From Lottia gigantea (Eukaryota), in assembly GCF_000327385.1 (NCBI RefSeq), contig NW_008709380.1:1401552-1465551 (forward strand): a DNA stretch of 64,000 bases. Direction: 5' to 3'. Positions 51,518 through 63,540 of the stretch are shown one piece after another. Position numbers and translations under genes: made by a program. The notes under the pieces are model-generated. The model had not been told where the DNA came from. It saw nothing but the letters and a program-made list of their open reading frames with translations, and did no database searches. Each line of letters opens with the position of its first letter. The stretch's first letter is position 1.

Positions 51518-54500
51518 GCTGGTACTGTATAGTTTTAATCTGAAATAAGATCGAGTATGTGGTTTCATAACTTACTTGAAAACAGTAGATTTACCGAATC
51601 AGTCAGACAACCTTAGAAGTTTCCAAATTAAATTTAAACGGATGGGAAACTGTTCTTCCAATTCAAACAAATATATAAGCAATATATAATATACAAATAT
51701 ATTGAAAGAAACTTAGTACCCTATTTAAGTGTCCATCGAAATGGTATTCAAATTAAGAGTGTTCGCGATACATGAAATGCATCAAGGGATATGGTAATAT
51801 ACAAAATTGGTATCAAATTGTTCTATCATATGCGTAGGAGGAAAAGTGAGCACCCAGGATCGTCAATACGTCAAGGCATTTCTGCTTCATGCAGAGTTTG
51901 GCAAAACAAGTTTTTTTTTAAGAATTATAAATATAAACATGAAGTACGCTAAATATATCGCTTTTTTATTCCTAAGGTGGTTACCGTTTGAAGTCTATTA
52001 GAAGCTTTGTTATGAAGGATATTACTAACTGACATCAAAGACAACAGGATTTTGCATCATAATAGAATACAAGATTCAGTTACAGCCCTGGCACTATGCC
52101 TAACATACATGAGACATTTAAACGAATAAGTTATAGATGATTAAATAAACTTATGACAATCAATTATAAGATAAATGAAATGATAACATACCTACCTACA
52201 AAGATGAAGTGTAAGAATGAGAAATACTGTCGTTCCACTTGATTTAATTGTTGTTTCATAGTCTTGGTGACGGCTCATACTCACCATTAAATTTTCATTA
52301 TTGACAATCAGGAAGTATATGTTTATTGTTCATAATAAATTACCTATCCATTTCGTTCAATGCTTCATTTCATTCATCCATTATTTTCTGCACACCATAC
52401 CGATGGATATTTCACTCATTTCAGAGTATTGAAAACCATATTTGAATGAATATTATCTGGTTGTTTCTCATGATTTTGCCATATATTCTAGTGGTGGGTT
52501 TTGCGGATGAAGCAGGCCATGTTTGCCTGACGGTACTTCCACTACAATACAACTATTACGATTTGCCACACTTTTGACTTTTGGCAACGGAATTTTGATT
52601 AACGGAATTGCTTGCTTGTACGGATTTTTATTGTGATATAAATAGAATACGATAATGAAGACGTCAAACGCCATACCGAGGGCATTGAAGAAAATGTTGC
52701 CAACAATCGAAGGATCTTGAAGGTGGTAGACTAGCATATGGGAGTGCGGATTATTATTCCATCCAACAGTTTTTCGATACCAGTCATCATACCGGCATTA
52801 CTTAAACACTGCGTCCTTAAACACTGGCTTCATTGGAAGCTTTAGGTTTGGTGTATGTTATGTTGCGTTAAAATTCATTCAGTAGAAATTTCAAAATTCA
52901 ATTTATCATAAACTGATATTGGTCCTTATCGTTAATTTGTCACTGGTGGTTGGGAAAATGGCTGTGTGCATATTCAAATATTTGCCGATTTTGTCCAGTG
53001 GCTTGATACAAATTTGAACAGAAAGAGCCGTATTGAATAAAGATGGCATATTGAGATATGAAGGCATATATGAAGGAATGACCAGAACAACACTAACCAA
53101 ATAGTCGGGAATAATACAACAATATGATACAAATTGTTATTACCCACTAGACGTCAACTATTTAGTTTAGATAATGACTTACAACATTATTTAGTACTGT
53201 AGTAATTTAGTCAGAAGCTTAACCATTCTGTTCCTGATAGATAAGGATTAACATGGGTTTTAACTACGTTTATCGGGTAATATTAAACCACAAGGGACAA
53301 GACTGTCGTGTCAGTTGATAAGCATGTATATCATGGAAGAGAGCAATAACTTGTTATATCATTGTTGTTTTTGTTTGAAATGGAGTGCAATGAGGTTTTT
53401 CTATCTCTTTTTATGGCTTCTATTTTCATCATTTCATCAATTTCCAGAAAAATGTTTTTGTTTCTGCGGTATCGCAAAAGCCGCTTATAATATATGAGAG
53501 TCTTCGCTTATTTGAATAAAATTATATAAATAATCAGTAGAATTCGAAAGTGCGAAGACAATATGAATTTGGCCCCATGTTCTACATATTTAACTTTGAA
53601 TATGTATATAACGACAGTGCCAGACATATCATATGGTTCGATTAATATAAAACTGCAAATCTAGATAAAATCATATTAATATGATACCCTCAAGACGATT
53701 TTGCCACTGTAGACGAAAATCAGAAATTATTGTTATTGTTTAGATGCCTAATTGTTATTGATTAGATGCTTAAAGAAACAGTGTCGATACAAATTATTAT
53801 TGGTCAAGTTATTGATAGTAGACTAACATTTCCATTCATTCACCGGAGTAGTAAACAAATTTCTGATTGAGGTCTCCATGACGGCGGTAAATAATGTCAC
53901 AAACACATCTCTTCATACTTACCATTTGTCACCGTCTTAGCACCCTTTAAATTAGTTTTCAGAGAGTTTCATCTTTCGGGCATGATCGAGAGCTGCAAAA
54001 CAGTTATTGATATATAACTGAACAATTCCCTGTGATGATGGAACACAAAGATAAGGCAGGTTTACACAGGAGCAATATTTTCTTTCAATCATTTTCATCC
54101 TTCTGCAATCATATACTTGCAACCAAAACGTTTACAGTGGTGACAATCCTGTGCCACGGAAAGCAGCGTCAAACATGTTGCGCAATCTGGTTCAACCTTC
54201 ATTCTACTATGTTTTTCGACCATAATCAGAAGCTAAATTTTGATAAAGTTGTCAAGCACCATCTGGTTCTATGCTATATGAATCGTGTTGTTAAACGTGT
54301 GATTGTTTTCCATTGATTAAAAGTATAATGACAAGGATTCATGGTACGATATTCTTGCCTTATTTTTCGGCTTCTCCTACTGTATATCTTGACCAGCAAG
54401 ATAATGAGAGGTGGGAACTATACAACAATCATCTTCATCCAGTGCAGTCTTTGTTTCAAAGATTCGCACAGGAATTGACAATATTTCCCTCAAAAATATC

Positions 54501-55204
54501 TTTCCAACTAGAGGTTGTGCAAACATTAACAATTACATTTAAAATTACTGCCGATATTTAACTCGCGTGAAACTACAAACATAATTTATACAGCAATATC
54601 GTCACAGTGCCAATACAATGTTTTGAATGCTCCAGTGATTAATCGGGAATACAGATTTGAAATCGTTTCGACAGACAGAAGTTGGGTTCAAATAATAAGA
54701 GATAATGTTCAGCGCAATCTTGAAAGACATCAAAAATTATTCTTTTGTATAAATATCAGTTACCCTTTATAATCGTTTGGTCATTGATACAGATTCCATT
54801 TTTGGAAATACTTCTAAAAAATGTCATTTCGGAAAATCATTTGTGTGTAAAAAAAAAAACCAAATTTATATACCATTTTAGTTTGGTTTCCGCTATAGAC
54901 GAAAGAGGCCGGAAGTTGTAGAGAACAATGACCAGACAGGTCAAATGAAACGTAATAGAACTTTCAATTTCTGAATGAAAGATATTTTAAAATATATCTA
55001 GATAAAGATTTGACGAACAACTGAAATCTATTTGAGATATTCACATCTCGTGCTCTCACGAATGATTGAAAGAAAAGTTTATTTCTTATGTTGGAACAGC
55101 AGGAGAGTTTATTTGGAAGACTATGTATTAATTTTAGAATGGGGTTGTTGTCTGCAAAAGGCTAGCGAAAACGGACAACTCAATGCAGTATGCAAGCAGC
55201 AAAC

Positions 55205-55250
55205 ACCAAACAGCATGGAAGTCTCTGTCGAGCATGGAAGTCTCTGTCGA
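55205..55250. repeat. Tandem duplication of a 19 bp unit (GCATGGAAGTCTCTGTCGA, 2 copies).
   Basis: Directly visible. Confidence 0.8.
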
Positions 55251-57057
55251 GCATGCCGGTTTGTGCCACACAAACATTGGGTTGAAAACTGAGGACCTAT
55301 AAGGATTTGCAACCCGTTTCAAAAGCCAATAAGGAACAGAAAATAAAATCTTGGAACCCATTTCAAGGATGACCAATCTGTTTTGACCCTGAAACCACAC
55401 TTTATTATGGTGTATTACGTGTACTAGGCTTAGGATTATTAACTTCATTTTATTTCAGGACCCATTTCAAATATATGGTCGAATTGTGTATCTTCAGTTT
55501 CAATATAAAATTTCAAATGTCTATTTAACATGTCATCTAAGAATTAAAATATTCCCGAAAAGAAATTAGATTATTGATTAAAGAATCTAAGAGGATTGTC
55601 TTTCTATATCTTGAAATAAAATTGCCCGTAGTAAAACCAGTTAATTTGTATTCCCCCGTCTGATTTTTTAACTGTTTGAAAATCTTCCATTTCGAGAACA
55701 AATTAATGCTATTCTCTTGAGGAAACCTCCATCATTCTTACCTCGTTAAAATCACTGATATTTCACTTTGATGATAATATATCTCCCCTTTGTTATTCTA
55801 CTTTCGTTTAATACTTAAGGCACGAAAAGACAAAGGTTAAATTCAATTTCAAATAAGTCGGAAAATATCGTTTTATCTCTTTTAAAAATTTTTTCTTATT
55901 GTTCTTTGAGGCAAACACTCAATCCTTTACGGCCATTTTTTTATCTCTTTAAAATCTGAACCTTCGCATTATAAAATTGTGTTTGACGTTTTTTGAATTT
56001 TCAGTGCAGAAGATGTCTCGCATGATAAAAGAAATACCAATCCCAGTATGTGGCTACTTCATCCGAGTGAATTATTCATGATATCAGATTATGTGGGGAT
56101 TATGCGACAGCTTCAAAATAACAGGAATTGTTTAAAAATCCCATTGGACACAGTTTATTTAATTTCTGTAAATAGTTTTTGCTTTTTCCATTTTTGTCAA
56201 CAGAGGAGTAAGCCTTGCTGAATGAACTACATTGGCTACATGAACCATTAACAATATAATCAGATTTCCTATTTTTAATCATTAGAACGTTTAGCTGTAA
56301 CTGTAGACTTTATTTCAAATATAACTACAGACTTGAGATACTAAGCCTGTTGGTATTACTCGTCCTCATCGACCTAATCAGGTGAAGAAAAGTTAGACGA
56401 ACAATTTCCTCCTGGAAGATCCGCCAAGGGATAACTTTGCCCTATTGTTTTAGTGTGTGGCCGGCAATTGATCCACAGTTCATCAATTATTGCAATGTCA
56501 TTATAAAATGAAACTGCTGTCTCCCATGACAGTGTCTTATATTATTATTAAATGGCCAGTTTATGTAAATAACATATATCCTCTACTGGAGTTCCATTTG
56601 ATAACTACTGTCTTCGTCGGTAAATCGAGTTGATTGAAAATGGTCCAGTGTAAAAACAAGATAGAATGGGTGCTCATGTTAATATTTTTACCATTGCAAA
56701 GACTTTCGGCACAAATTGATATCCCATTTGTCGGTGATGTCGACGGTATGTGTGTAATAAACATTCAAGTCTAACTTGGTCAGTACTAAAAGGATAAGGT
56801 ATCACTGCCATCGATTTATTTACTGTATGTTATTACTGACCACGAAATAATGCACACCTACATAATGTTACTGACAAATTGTATCTCCCTTGTAAGAAAT
56901 ATGAAAGCATTCTCTATATCGACTAATTCATTTGGAAGACCATTTTGTCACTTAAACTAGATAACTCAATGAGAACAACAGGTTGGAATTACAAAGATAA
57001 AACAGAAACCCTTTAAAAACCATTTTATTGCTTTTGAACCAAATCACTGGAAGGCAT

Positions 57058-57359
57058 TTATTTTCCAAAATAATGATTCCACCAGAACTGGTAGTAATTG
57101 TTCGTCAATTGGTTATTGGGCGGTACATACGGTGCTCTGGTAGTTGTTGGTGGGGCTGCCGATAAACCAATACGATTAGCAACACTGTATGAGAAAGCCT
57201 TCAATCCTTTTAAAGTATCTGTTGCAACACCAGGGATTGAAGACACTGGTAAAGCAAAACCTCGATTAGTATATCCAGTGGGTGGTAATTCCACTGTATA
57301 AGCATAGGGAATACCTGCTGCACCTTTCGCGTAATCATCTGAACCACCAGCAGCAACAT
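57058..57359 (-). CDS. CPB-like: Carboxypeptidase gene, last exon ((Y)VAAGGSDDYAKGAAGIPYAYTVELPPTGYTNRGFALPVSSIPGVATDTLKGLKAFSYSVANRIG...YFGK*). It contains Tyr248, Asp255 (B-type specificity) and Glu270, plus a ~35 aa Pro/Thr/Tyr/Trp-rich C-terminal extension.
   Basis: Acceptor tatccctag|AT completes the TAT (Tyr) codon. The translation matches [40 protein letters not shown]...ETFLAIKYVASYV. The stop TAA is at 57058-57060. Confidence 0.75.
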
Positions 57360-57555
57360 CTAGGGATAATCAAATTATAACGATATCAATAGAGTTTTTA
57401 TACTTTGGCATAAATTGAACTGATAAGCTTAGTTACTGCTGACTACCAACTTAAATTAAGAGGCTGTTCCTAGGGTATAAACAATACTCGGAGATGGATA
57501 AGGATATAAGATTCGACATTGATTTATAATTCAAGTCAAACGGTAGGTCTACTTA

Positions 57556-57628
57556 CAGAGAACAGCAGCAGAACGTCCTATTGTGTATCTGTTTTGCATA
57601 GCAGAAGTAGCATTCCTAGCTATGGCTT
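57556..57628 (-). CDS. CPB-like: Carboxypeptidase gene, exon i (EAIARNATSAMQNRYTIGRSAAVL + 1 nt).
   Basis: Acceptor ttttaatttcag|GAA and donor TCT|gtaagt. The translation matches [29 protein letters not shown](Y). Confidence 0.8.
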
Positions 57629-58000
57629 CCTGAAATTAAAAGTAAATGGGTTTAACGTCCCCCTTTTCTATACAAAATCTAAGATTGACAACGCCATGCA
57701 GTGTTTTACAAATGAACACTTCCAGGACAGCGACATTAAGGTACACCACGATTCTTGAACACATATCAAGGTAACTTGACCATGCGTTTCAAGGGAGGTA
57801 AATCTGCTAATTTATAGACTATGGATATAAAATGAAAATTTGCATCTGCTACTATGCAATTCAGAAATGGACAAACATCAAAGATTATGAAATAAACAGT
57901 GAGGCCAAGAATAAGTTATACAAATCATGTAAATGTTTTGAAATTAGAACGTTCAGACAGTGACCTGCATGCATGAATAAATTGGTACTAAAGCACTTAC

Positions 58001-58206
58001 CAAGATAGAGTTATCAGATGGTACATCAGATGCTGAATAACCCCAAGGATACAACCAGAATTGACCATACGAATGGAGGGTTAAATATCCTTTAAGATTC
58101 GGTCTTTTGCTTATCATGAAGTTTCGAATATTTTGACTTTCAATTTCAGAAAAACTGGAGTTACCAGCGTATAAATCAGAACATGGATATCTTGAACCAC
58201 CAGCAC
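58001..58206 (-). CDS. CPB-like: Carboxypeptidase gene, exon h ((S)AGGSRYPCSDLYAGNSSFSEIESQNIRNFMISKRPNLKGYLTLHSYGQFWLYPWGYSASDVPSDNSIL). It contains Asn144, Arg145 and His196.
   Basis: Acceptor cttcaatag|GT and donor TTG|gtaagt. The translation matches CEIGASRNPCDETYCG...IKAYLTIHSYSQMMIYPYSYAY. The track ORF 57953-58297 runs through this exon. The in-frame region 58207-58297 upstream of the acceptor lacks homology and is treated as intron. Confidence 0.8.
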
Positions 58207-58552
58207 CTATTGAAGTACAGTGTAAAATAAAGTATGGATAACAGCTAGGCAAATCGTTATCCTTGATTGATGACTGTGGATCAACAGGAACTACCATTAG
58301 GGATGATGCAGTATGAAAACTTACACCTACCGGATAGTTTAAATGACACAGCCTTGAAGATTTCCTAATATAATTGTCTTTTTCACCTGATTAAACAACT
58401 TCCAATTCTAATTAATTCTTCCATTAAGTCAACTAGCAAATCTTTCGATACAATATGCTTGATTTACTTATCAGGCATTCAAGAAAAGGTATCTACACGT
58501 ATTTTTGCGATATTCCTTAATGTTTTTATTAACAAACACTTTCCATACTTAC

Positions 58553-58649
58553 TGGGGTTCCACTGATAACCGAAATTTCTATTAATATCAACACCAAAAC
58601 ATTTAGAGGAAGTTTGACTTCTAGTTTTTCTCCAAAACCTGTTATTACC
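58553..58649 (-). CDS. CPB-like: Carboxypeptidase gene, exon g (GNNRFWRKTRSQTSSKCFGVDINRNFGYQWNP + 1 nt). It contains Arg127 of the NRNF motif.
   Basis: Acceptor cttttttag|GGT and donor CCCA|gtaagt. The translation matches [29 protein letters not shown]. Confidence 0.85.
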
Positions 58650-59105
58650 CTAAAAAAGTTAAAAATTAACTGAGGGAAAATAATGCAGGAATAACTGTCG
58701 CGCTAATTTATATTAACTTTAAATTCCTTTTAACTTTCAGTATATAAAGGGAGAAAACTGCTAAACAAGACTTAAAAATTAAACATGATTCAGACAAATT
58801 TAAAAAAAAAAAACAGTCATATCAAGGGAAGTAACTTGATAATTTTAAGATTAAGACGTTTCTAACGTTTCGCAAAACATTTACTTAAATCCGCAAGTTC
58901 TTCGTGTTTAAAAACGAAGTTAGATTTCAACTTCCGTCTTCGGGTGAAATCGAATAAATCAGGTATGAATAGAGATAGCCGTAATGGAAATGTGACACAA
59001 CATAAAAATTAACAGTGGGATACCCTTTTTAACAAGTTAATACGATATTTTTTAGGCATCATACTAGGTCATACGATTCTTACATATCAAAATCACAAAA
59101 CTTAC

Positions 59106-59216
59106 ATTTTGTCTAGAGTATTCATAGCCATCAGGGTTAACAATAGGTACTATATAGAAATCAAACTTATCTACTAATTCATCAAGTTGAGAATCTTCAT
59201 TAGGATTAATAGCTAA
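59106..59216 (-). CDS. CPB-like: Carboxypeptidase gene, exon f (LAINPNEDSQLDELVDKFDFYIVPIVNPDGYEYSRQN).
   Basis: Acceptor gtattttag|TTA and donor AAT|gtaagt. The translation matches ...[21 protein letters not shown]. Confidence 0.8.
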
Positions 59217-59578
59217 CTAAAATACATAATACTATAATACATAAGTTGACCATTTCACGGCACCCCACAAAAGGACAAAAAAAAATTCAGACCGAGAAAT
59301 TTTTTTTTTTAAATTTAAAGCATTTGCTTAAACGACGGCAATAACTCGAAAACATTTCTTGTTATTTCCAACTCTCTGAGAACTAGAGGCAAGATTCTCA
59401 AATTAGATAGCGCCTTGTCTGATGTATGGAATTATGAACCCTATAAAATTGTTTCAATTGGACTTTGTTATTACCATGTGATTTGTCTTCTCAGGAAGAA
59501 TAGCATCTGCTAAGTCTCTAACATTGTCTGTATATGTAGGCCAATAACATCATATATGTTTGAGAATGAATGTATTAC

Positions 59579-59686
59579 CTGATATATAAAGTTTATTGCT
59601 GTAGCAGGAGCGATCCATTCTCTGGCGTGGAATCCAGCATCAATAAATATAGCTGGTTTATTAGGGTTATTTGATGAATAGCCAAT
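59579..59686 (-). CDS. CPB-like: Carboxypeptidase gene, exon e (IGYSSNNPNKPAIFIDAGFHAREWIAPATAINFIYQ). It contains the zinc ligands His69 and Glu72 (HAREW).
   Basis: Acceptor ttttattacag|ATT and donor CAG|gtaata. The translation matches [31 protein letters not shown]. Confidence 0.85.
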
Positions 59687-59987
59687 CTGTAATAAAACAA
59701 GGAGTTCGATCTAGAAATGAAATTGTGTTTAACGTCTTACATCTCTGCACTTGATAGCGCTATTGAAGACGGGCAACGTTTCGTGTTTTCCCATCAGAAG
59801 GACTAGACGCTTTTTCAAGGTCAGCCTCTTTGATCTGAATCACTGTCAGTGATAGGTTGAAAAATCCGAAGGTATTATCTCGAACTATGCTGAGATTCAC
59901 CCAGTGGACTATTACGCGAGGGAGCAAGTGTCTAACTCACTGAACAACTGCAGCCCTCGGCTATGTAGAGATAAATACATAATGTAC

Positions 59988-60086
59988 CTTTATGGCATAG
60001 GTGGGTCGACCTTCATAGCTGGTACCAAGATAGACTTGTTGAGAATATCCACTTTCTCTTGCTACTCTGCCTAAAAACTCATTTAT
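59988..60086 (-). CDS. CPB-like: Carboxypeptidase gene, exon d (INEFLGRVARESGYSQQVYLGTSYEGRPTYAIK).
   Basis: Acceptor tttattgcag|ATA and donor AAG|gtacat. The translation matches [34 protein letters not shown]. Confidence 0.8.
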
Positions 60087-60499
60087 CTGCAATAAATGAG
60101 TCAAATATTAAATCAATAATATTTCTACAGTGGTCAACAAAATCTCACAGAGCTCATTACAACTCATTGAAGACCTTCGATAATAGATAATAGTGGACAG
60201 GTTTTTTTTTATCATATTTTCAGGAAAATAGAAACTCTTACATAGCCTTTATATTACAATTTGATACAGAAATGCCTGATGTATCTCGAGAGACCTTTAA
60301 TCTCATCTTTGGCAAACTTATGAACTATTTCTTTCTACACGTCACAAGCAAGGTTGGTCTATTGTTATAATATTGCATGCTGGATTGTTGAGTTATTGGA
60401 GTATACTTGATGATGGTTTCAATATAAAGGGAGGAAACTCTAAAATCAGCACAAATTTCTGATTTAACAGGAATGAAAATTTTTTCTAAATTAACTAAC

Positions 60500-60590
60500 T
60501 TGTGCATACGACAAATAGGTTGTAGTATAACTTTGTAAATCACTGATAGCTCTTTTAGATCGTACGCTTCTATGTTCGTGGTCAACCAAG
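60500..60590 (-). CDS. CPB-like: Carboxypeptidase gene, exon c ((S)LVDHEHRSVRSKRAISDLQSYTTTYLSYAQ). It covers the end of the propeptide, the activation site and the start of the mature enzyme.
   Basis: Acceptor ttctgttgcag|C completes the AGC (Ser) codon. Donor CAA|gttagt. The translation matches [33 protein letters not shown]. Confidence 0.75.
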
Positions 60591-60901
60591 CTGCAACAGA
60601 AAGTTAATATACTTAAAAAAAAACAATACGATCTTCGGAAGGAAAAAGTGTTAGCAAATTCTTCAAATGAGCTGTTTGAGATAATGATGGTCATCAGATT
60701 TTGTCTCTTGTGATTATTTGATTTGGCAGTCTTTTGTATGCTGTATGTCTCAAATATAATAAGCACTATTTTAAATCAGAATCGTTCAGCTTATACCGAG
60801 GTGTTAAACAGTGCACGGACTGCTTTAATAATATCCTATCCATCGAAAATATTTGTCATTTCGAATCATATATTTAAAATAAACCCATTCGATAAGCGTA
60901 C

Positions 60902-61038
60902 CTTTGAACATCTTGAATGATTTCTTGATATTCCAAGTTTAAAAGTTTTACTTTATTTAATAATTGTTGTAAAAATTCTGGTTTTACTCTAACATCCATG
61001 TGACCATCATCAGAATGAGGCATGTGCCAAAAATCTAA
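60902..61038 (-). CDS. CPB-like: Carboxypeptidase gene, propeptide exon b (LDFWHMPHSDDGHMDVRVKPEFLQQLLNKVKLLNLEYQEIIQDVQ + 2 nt).
   Basis: Acceptor ttaatatttcag|TTA and donor AAAG|gtacgc. The translation matches the pro-region [46 protein letters not shown]. Confidence 0.75.
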
Positions 61039-61375
61039 CTGAAATATTAAAAACCTAACTGAAATATTCAAAGTCGAACGGAAACATGAGATGAAATACT
61101 CTAAATCACACTTGAATGTTTATCCTATAACTGAAATGTTTACAATCTAACTGATATATATGTAGTAAAAACTATACAATAATATTCCAAATATTAAATT
61201 ACTTTTTTAAAAATGTGATGAAAAGTTCACAGTCGAATTGAAATATCTAAAATTGATCGAAAATTCAAAATTCTAAATGAAATATGCAAATTCTATTTGA
61301 CGTGTGCAGGAATGTATTGAAATTGATAAAAATTGGACTGTTATATATTGAGATAATTGTCACAAGTTGATTTAC

Positions 61376-61451
61376 CTCTAAATTGTTTTCTAAATTGGAT
61401 AAAGTTTGAACATCTTCTGGGGTGGACGGTTTTATTCGGAGAACTTTGTGT
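61376..61451 (-). CDS. CPB-like: Carboxypeptidase (M14A) gene, propeptide exon a ((x)HKVLRIKPSTPEDVQTLSNLENNLE). It starts in phase 2, so an upstream exon carrying the signal peptide was not located.
   Basis: Acceptor tttctttcag|A and donor GAG|gtaaat. The translation matches the CPA/CPB pro-region ([27 protein letters not shown]). Confidence 0.7.
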
Positions 61452-63540
61452 CTGAAAGAAAAATCTTTGTTGAAATTATACTATTCGATTTTAGAATTCA
61501 GAAGTCAGTATTGAAATTGAATTTTTCATAATAATATATATTCCGGGGTAGAGGACATTTAAAAGACATTAAAATTTCGATAGATAGCACTATCAAAATG
61601 GTGTAGCCCTTATTACTATGTCCATTTCCGACATTTGCTTCACAAACTTGAGAATTGTGAAAAACAGATACTCCATTCAATGAAAAATATCAAATTTTGT
61701 AAGAGCGAACAAATGAATGAGCTGGTGTAGTGCATGGCATTACCCTTTCATCCTCGTAAAAAAGTCCAACACATAATGATGCATTTTGCCTTTTAGAATA
61801 GTAAATTAGTTTTTTTCTCTTGGATCCTTTGATTTGTTTCCGATACGTATGTTTTACATCCCTCTGGTATATCAAATTTAAGGTTGATGAATCGACGATT
61901 TAAATAACAGGATCCATGTTCTTCTATATCCGTTCATTCTCTTATCAGATGGCTGTCCAGGGACTCATCGTATTTAAAATTAACTTGAGAAGGAAATGGC
62001 TAGGAAGATGAGTTTATTTTTTTCATCTATATTTCAAAATTTCAATTTCAGTCTTATGCACTAGTTATAGCAATAATAACGTAGTAAGATCTGTTTTACC
62101 CAATAATAGAATATAAAAGATTTAAACTTAAACGATGTGCGCACCAAAGGCCAAATATTTTTCAACTTGTGTCTCATCTTATTTCTTCACTTTGAAATCA
62201 AAGGTCTAAGTCATCTTATATCACATGTTCGTAAAAGAAATTTCATCAACCCCCATCCCTGCCCCCTCATCCATAAAAAAAACACGACTACTTTTAGCAA
62301 CACGATTAAAACCTTTCTTTTACACCATAATCATAATAATAAAATTGTTTAAAGTTTTCTTGTTTTCGAACTAATATCAAATTTATAGCAAATGTTCAAA
62401 ACGAATCTCCAAGCCATGTTTTTGAAAACTAAATACAAATTACCATTGACTATTTACAATGGTGTTCATAAGACTATTTACTGAAGCAGGTTAATTGTAG
62501 CCCTTATTTCTTATATTAGAATCCTTAATAAATATTGACTGTAGTGCTTCTAACACATCGTTTATAATATTTAAGTATTTACTATATGTCTCATTATTAA
62601 AAAATGGGTCTGTTAAATAATACGATTGAAGTCAAGGTTACCAAAGTGTATAATAAATAAATTACAAGTACACACCTAATCACACATTTGAAGACTTTTC
62701 TTTTATTTAAAGGTTAAAGACATTGTGTATGATATAATACACTCAATGGAACCGACATTTGGGCGTTTTGAAATTTTATTATAGGACTTAAAAACATTTA
62801 AAGTGAAATTACGTCACGTTTTATGGTCATAACCTCATAATCAGGTAATCAATGGCTTAGTTAAATATACGCTGACCATGTGATTCAATGTTCGAGATAG
62901 TACCTTCCGATTTTTCTACCTGGTTTCGCCCTGTCAGTAATATAGGCCGAAATGTTTCTGAAAACGCCTATTCGCTCGAGTGAAAACAACAAGGTTACGA
63001 ATGCTTGAACCTGGGCATGTTTTTTTTCTGCGAACTAGAAGTGAAGTCAAAAACAAGTAGGCTAAGCAGCTGTTCTTCGATGGCATACTATATTGCTCAA
63101 CTAAGAGCAAATTTGAAAGACATTTCTTCCTATTTCCCTTCATTTCACCAAGCACATGACGGTGGTAGTATTGTGGCTGTCATGTGTACAATATATTCAT
63201 TGCTCCAAAGCATCAAAGTTACTTACCCTAAAAATGGTTTATCTATATTTTGAGCTAAAGTGAACACAATTAGAACCAATAAACATCCAATTTCTTTCCC
63301 CATCTTCATTTTTTTTTATCCCTTTCTGGTTCTCACTTACTAAAAGTAGAAAAAATATCGTTCAATAACAGGTCACAATAGGTCTCCATAGAATAACAGG
63401 GGTTAATTTACAGGCTACGCTAATGATACAAACGTGATAAAAACTGTGACAAGTTATTTTACACGTAATAATACAATCTGTTGTAAACTAGAATATAGTT
63501 TTATATAAAAACATGATAAACTTTCAACTATTTTATATAA

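Noticed and set aside
52468-53100. Hydrophobic minus-strand ORFs (89 and 64 aa) that looked like membrane-protein exons (…FNALGMAFDVFIIVFYLYHNK…, …EVPSGKHGLL…).
   Set aside because: ORFs of this length are expected by chance at this base composition. The PSGH-like match is imperfect, and I could find neither a consistent splice-site chain nor a family assignment.
57098-57301. A 67 aa plus-strand ORF.
   Set aside because: It is antisense to the last carboxypeptidase exon.
58207-58297. The N-terminal part of track ORF 57953-58297 (MVVPVDPQSSIKDNDLPSCYPYFILHCTSI).
   Set aside because: It is in frame but has no homology to M14 enzymes. Using the acceptor at 58207/58206 instead gives a perfect continuation from the NRNF exon (…GYQWNPSAGGSRYPC, equivalent to DAGWCEIGASRNPC). 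I therefore treat it as intronic read-through.
58300-58375. A candidate exon GEKDNYIRKSSRLCHLNYPVG with a GTAAGT donor, between carboxypeptidase exons g and h.
   Set aside because: Including it would insert about 50 non-homologous residues between NRNF…W and the Asn144/Arg145 region and duplicate the RK..R-like motif already encoded by exon g. The homology-guided model skips it.
60325-60585. An 86 aa minus-strand ORF inside the carboxypeptidase locus.
   Set aside because: Only its extreme 5' part overlaps real exon c, and in a different frame. The rest is intronic, with no M14 similarity.
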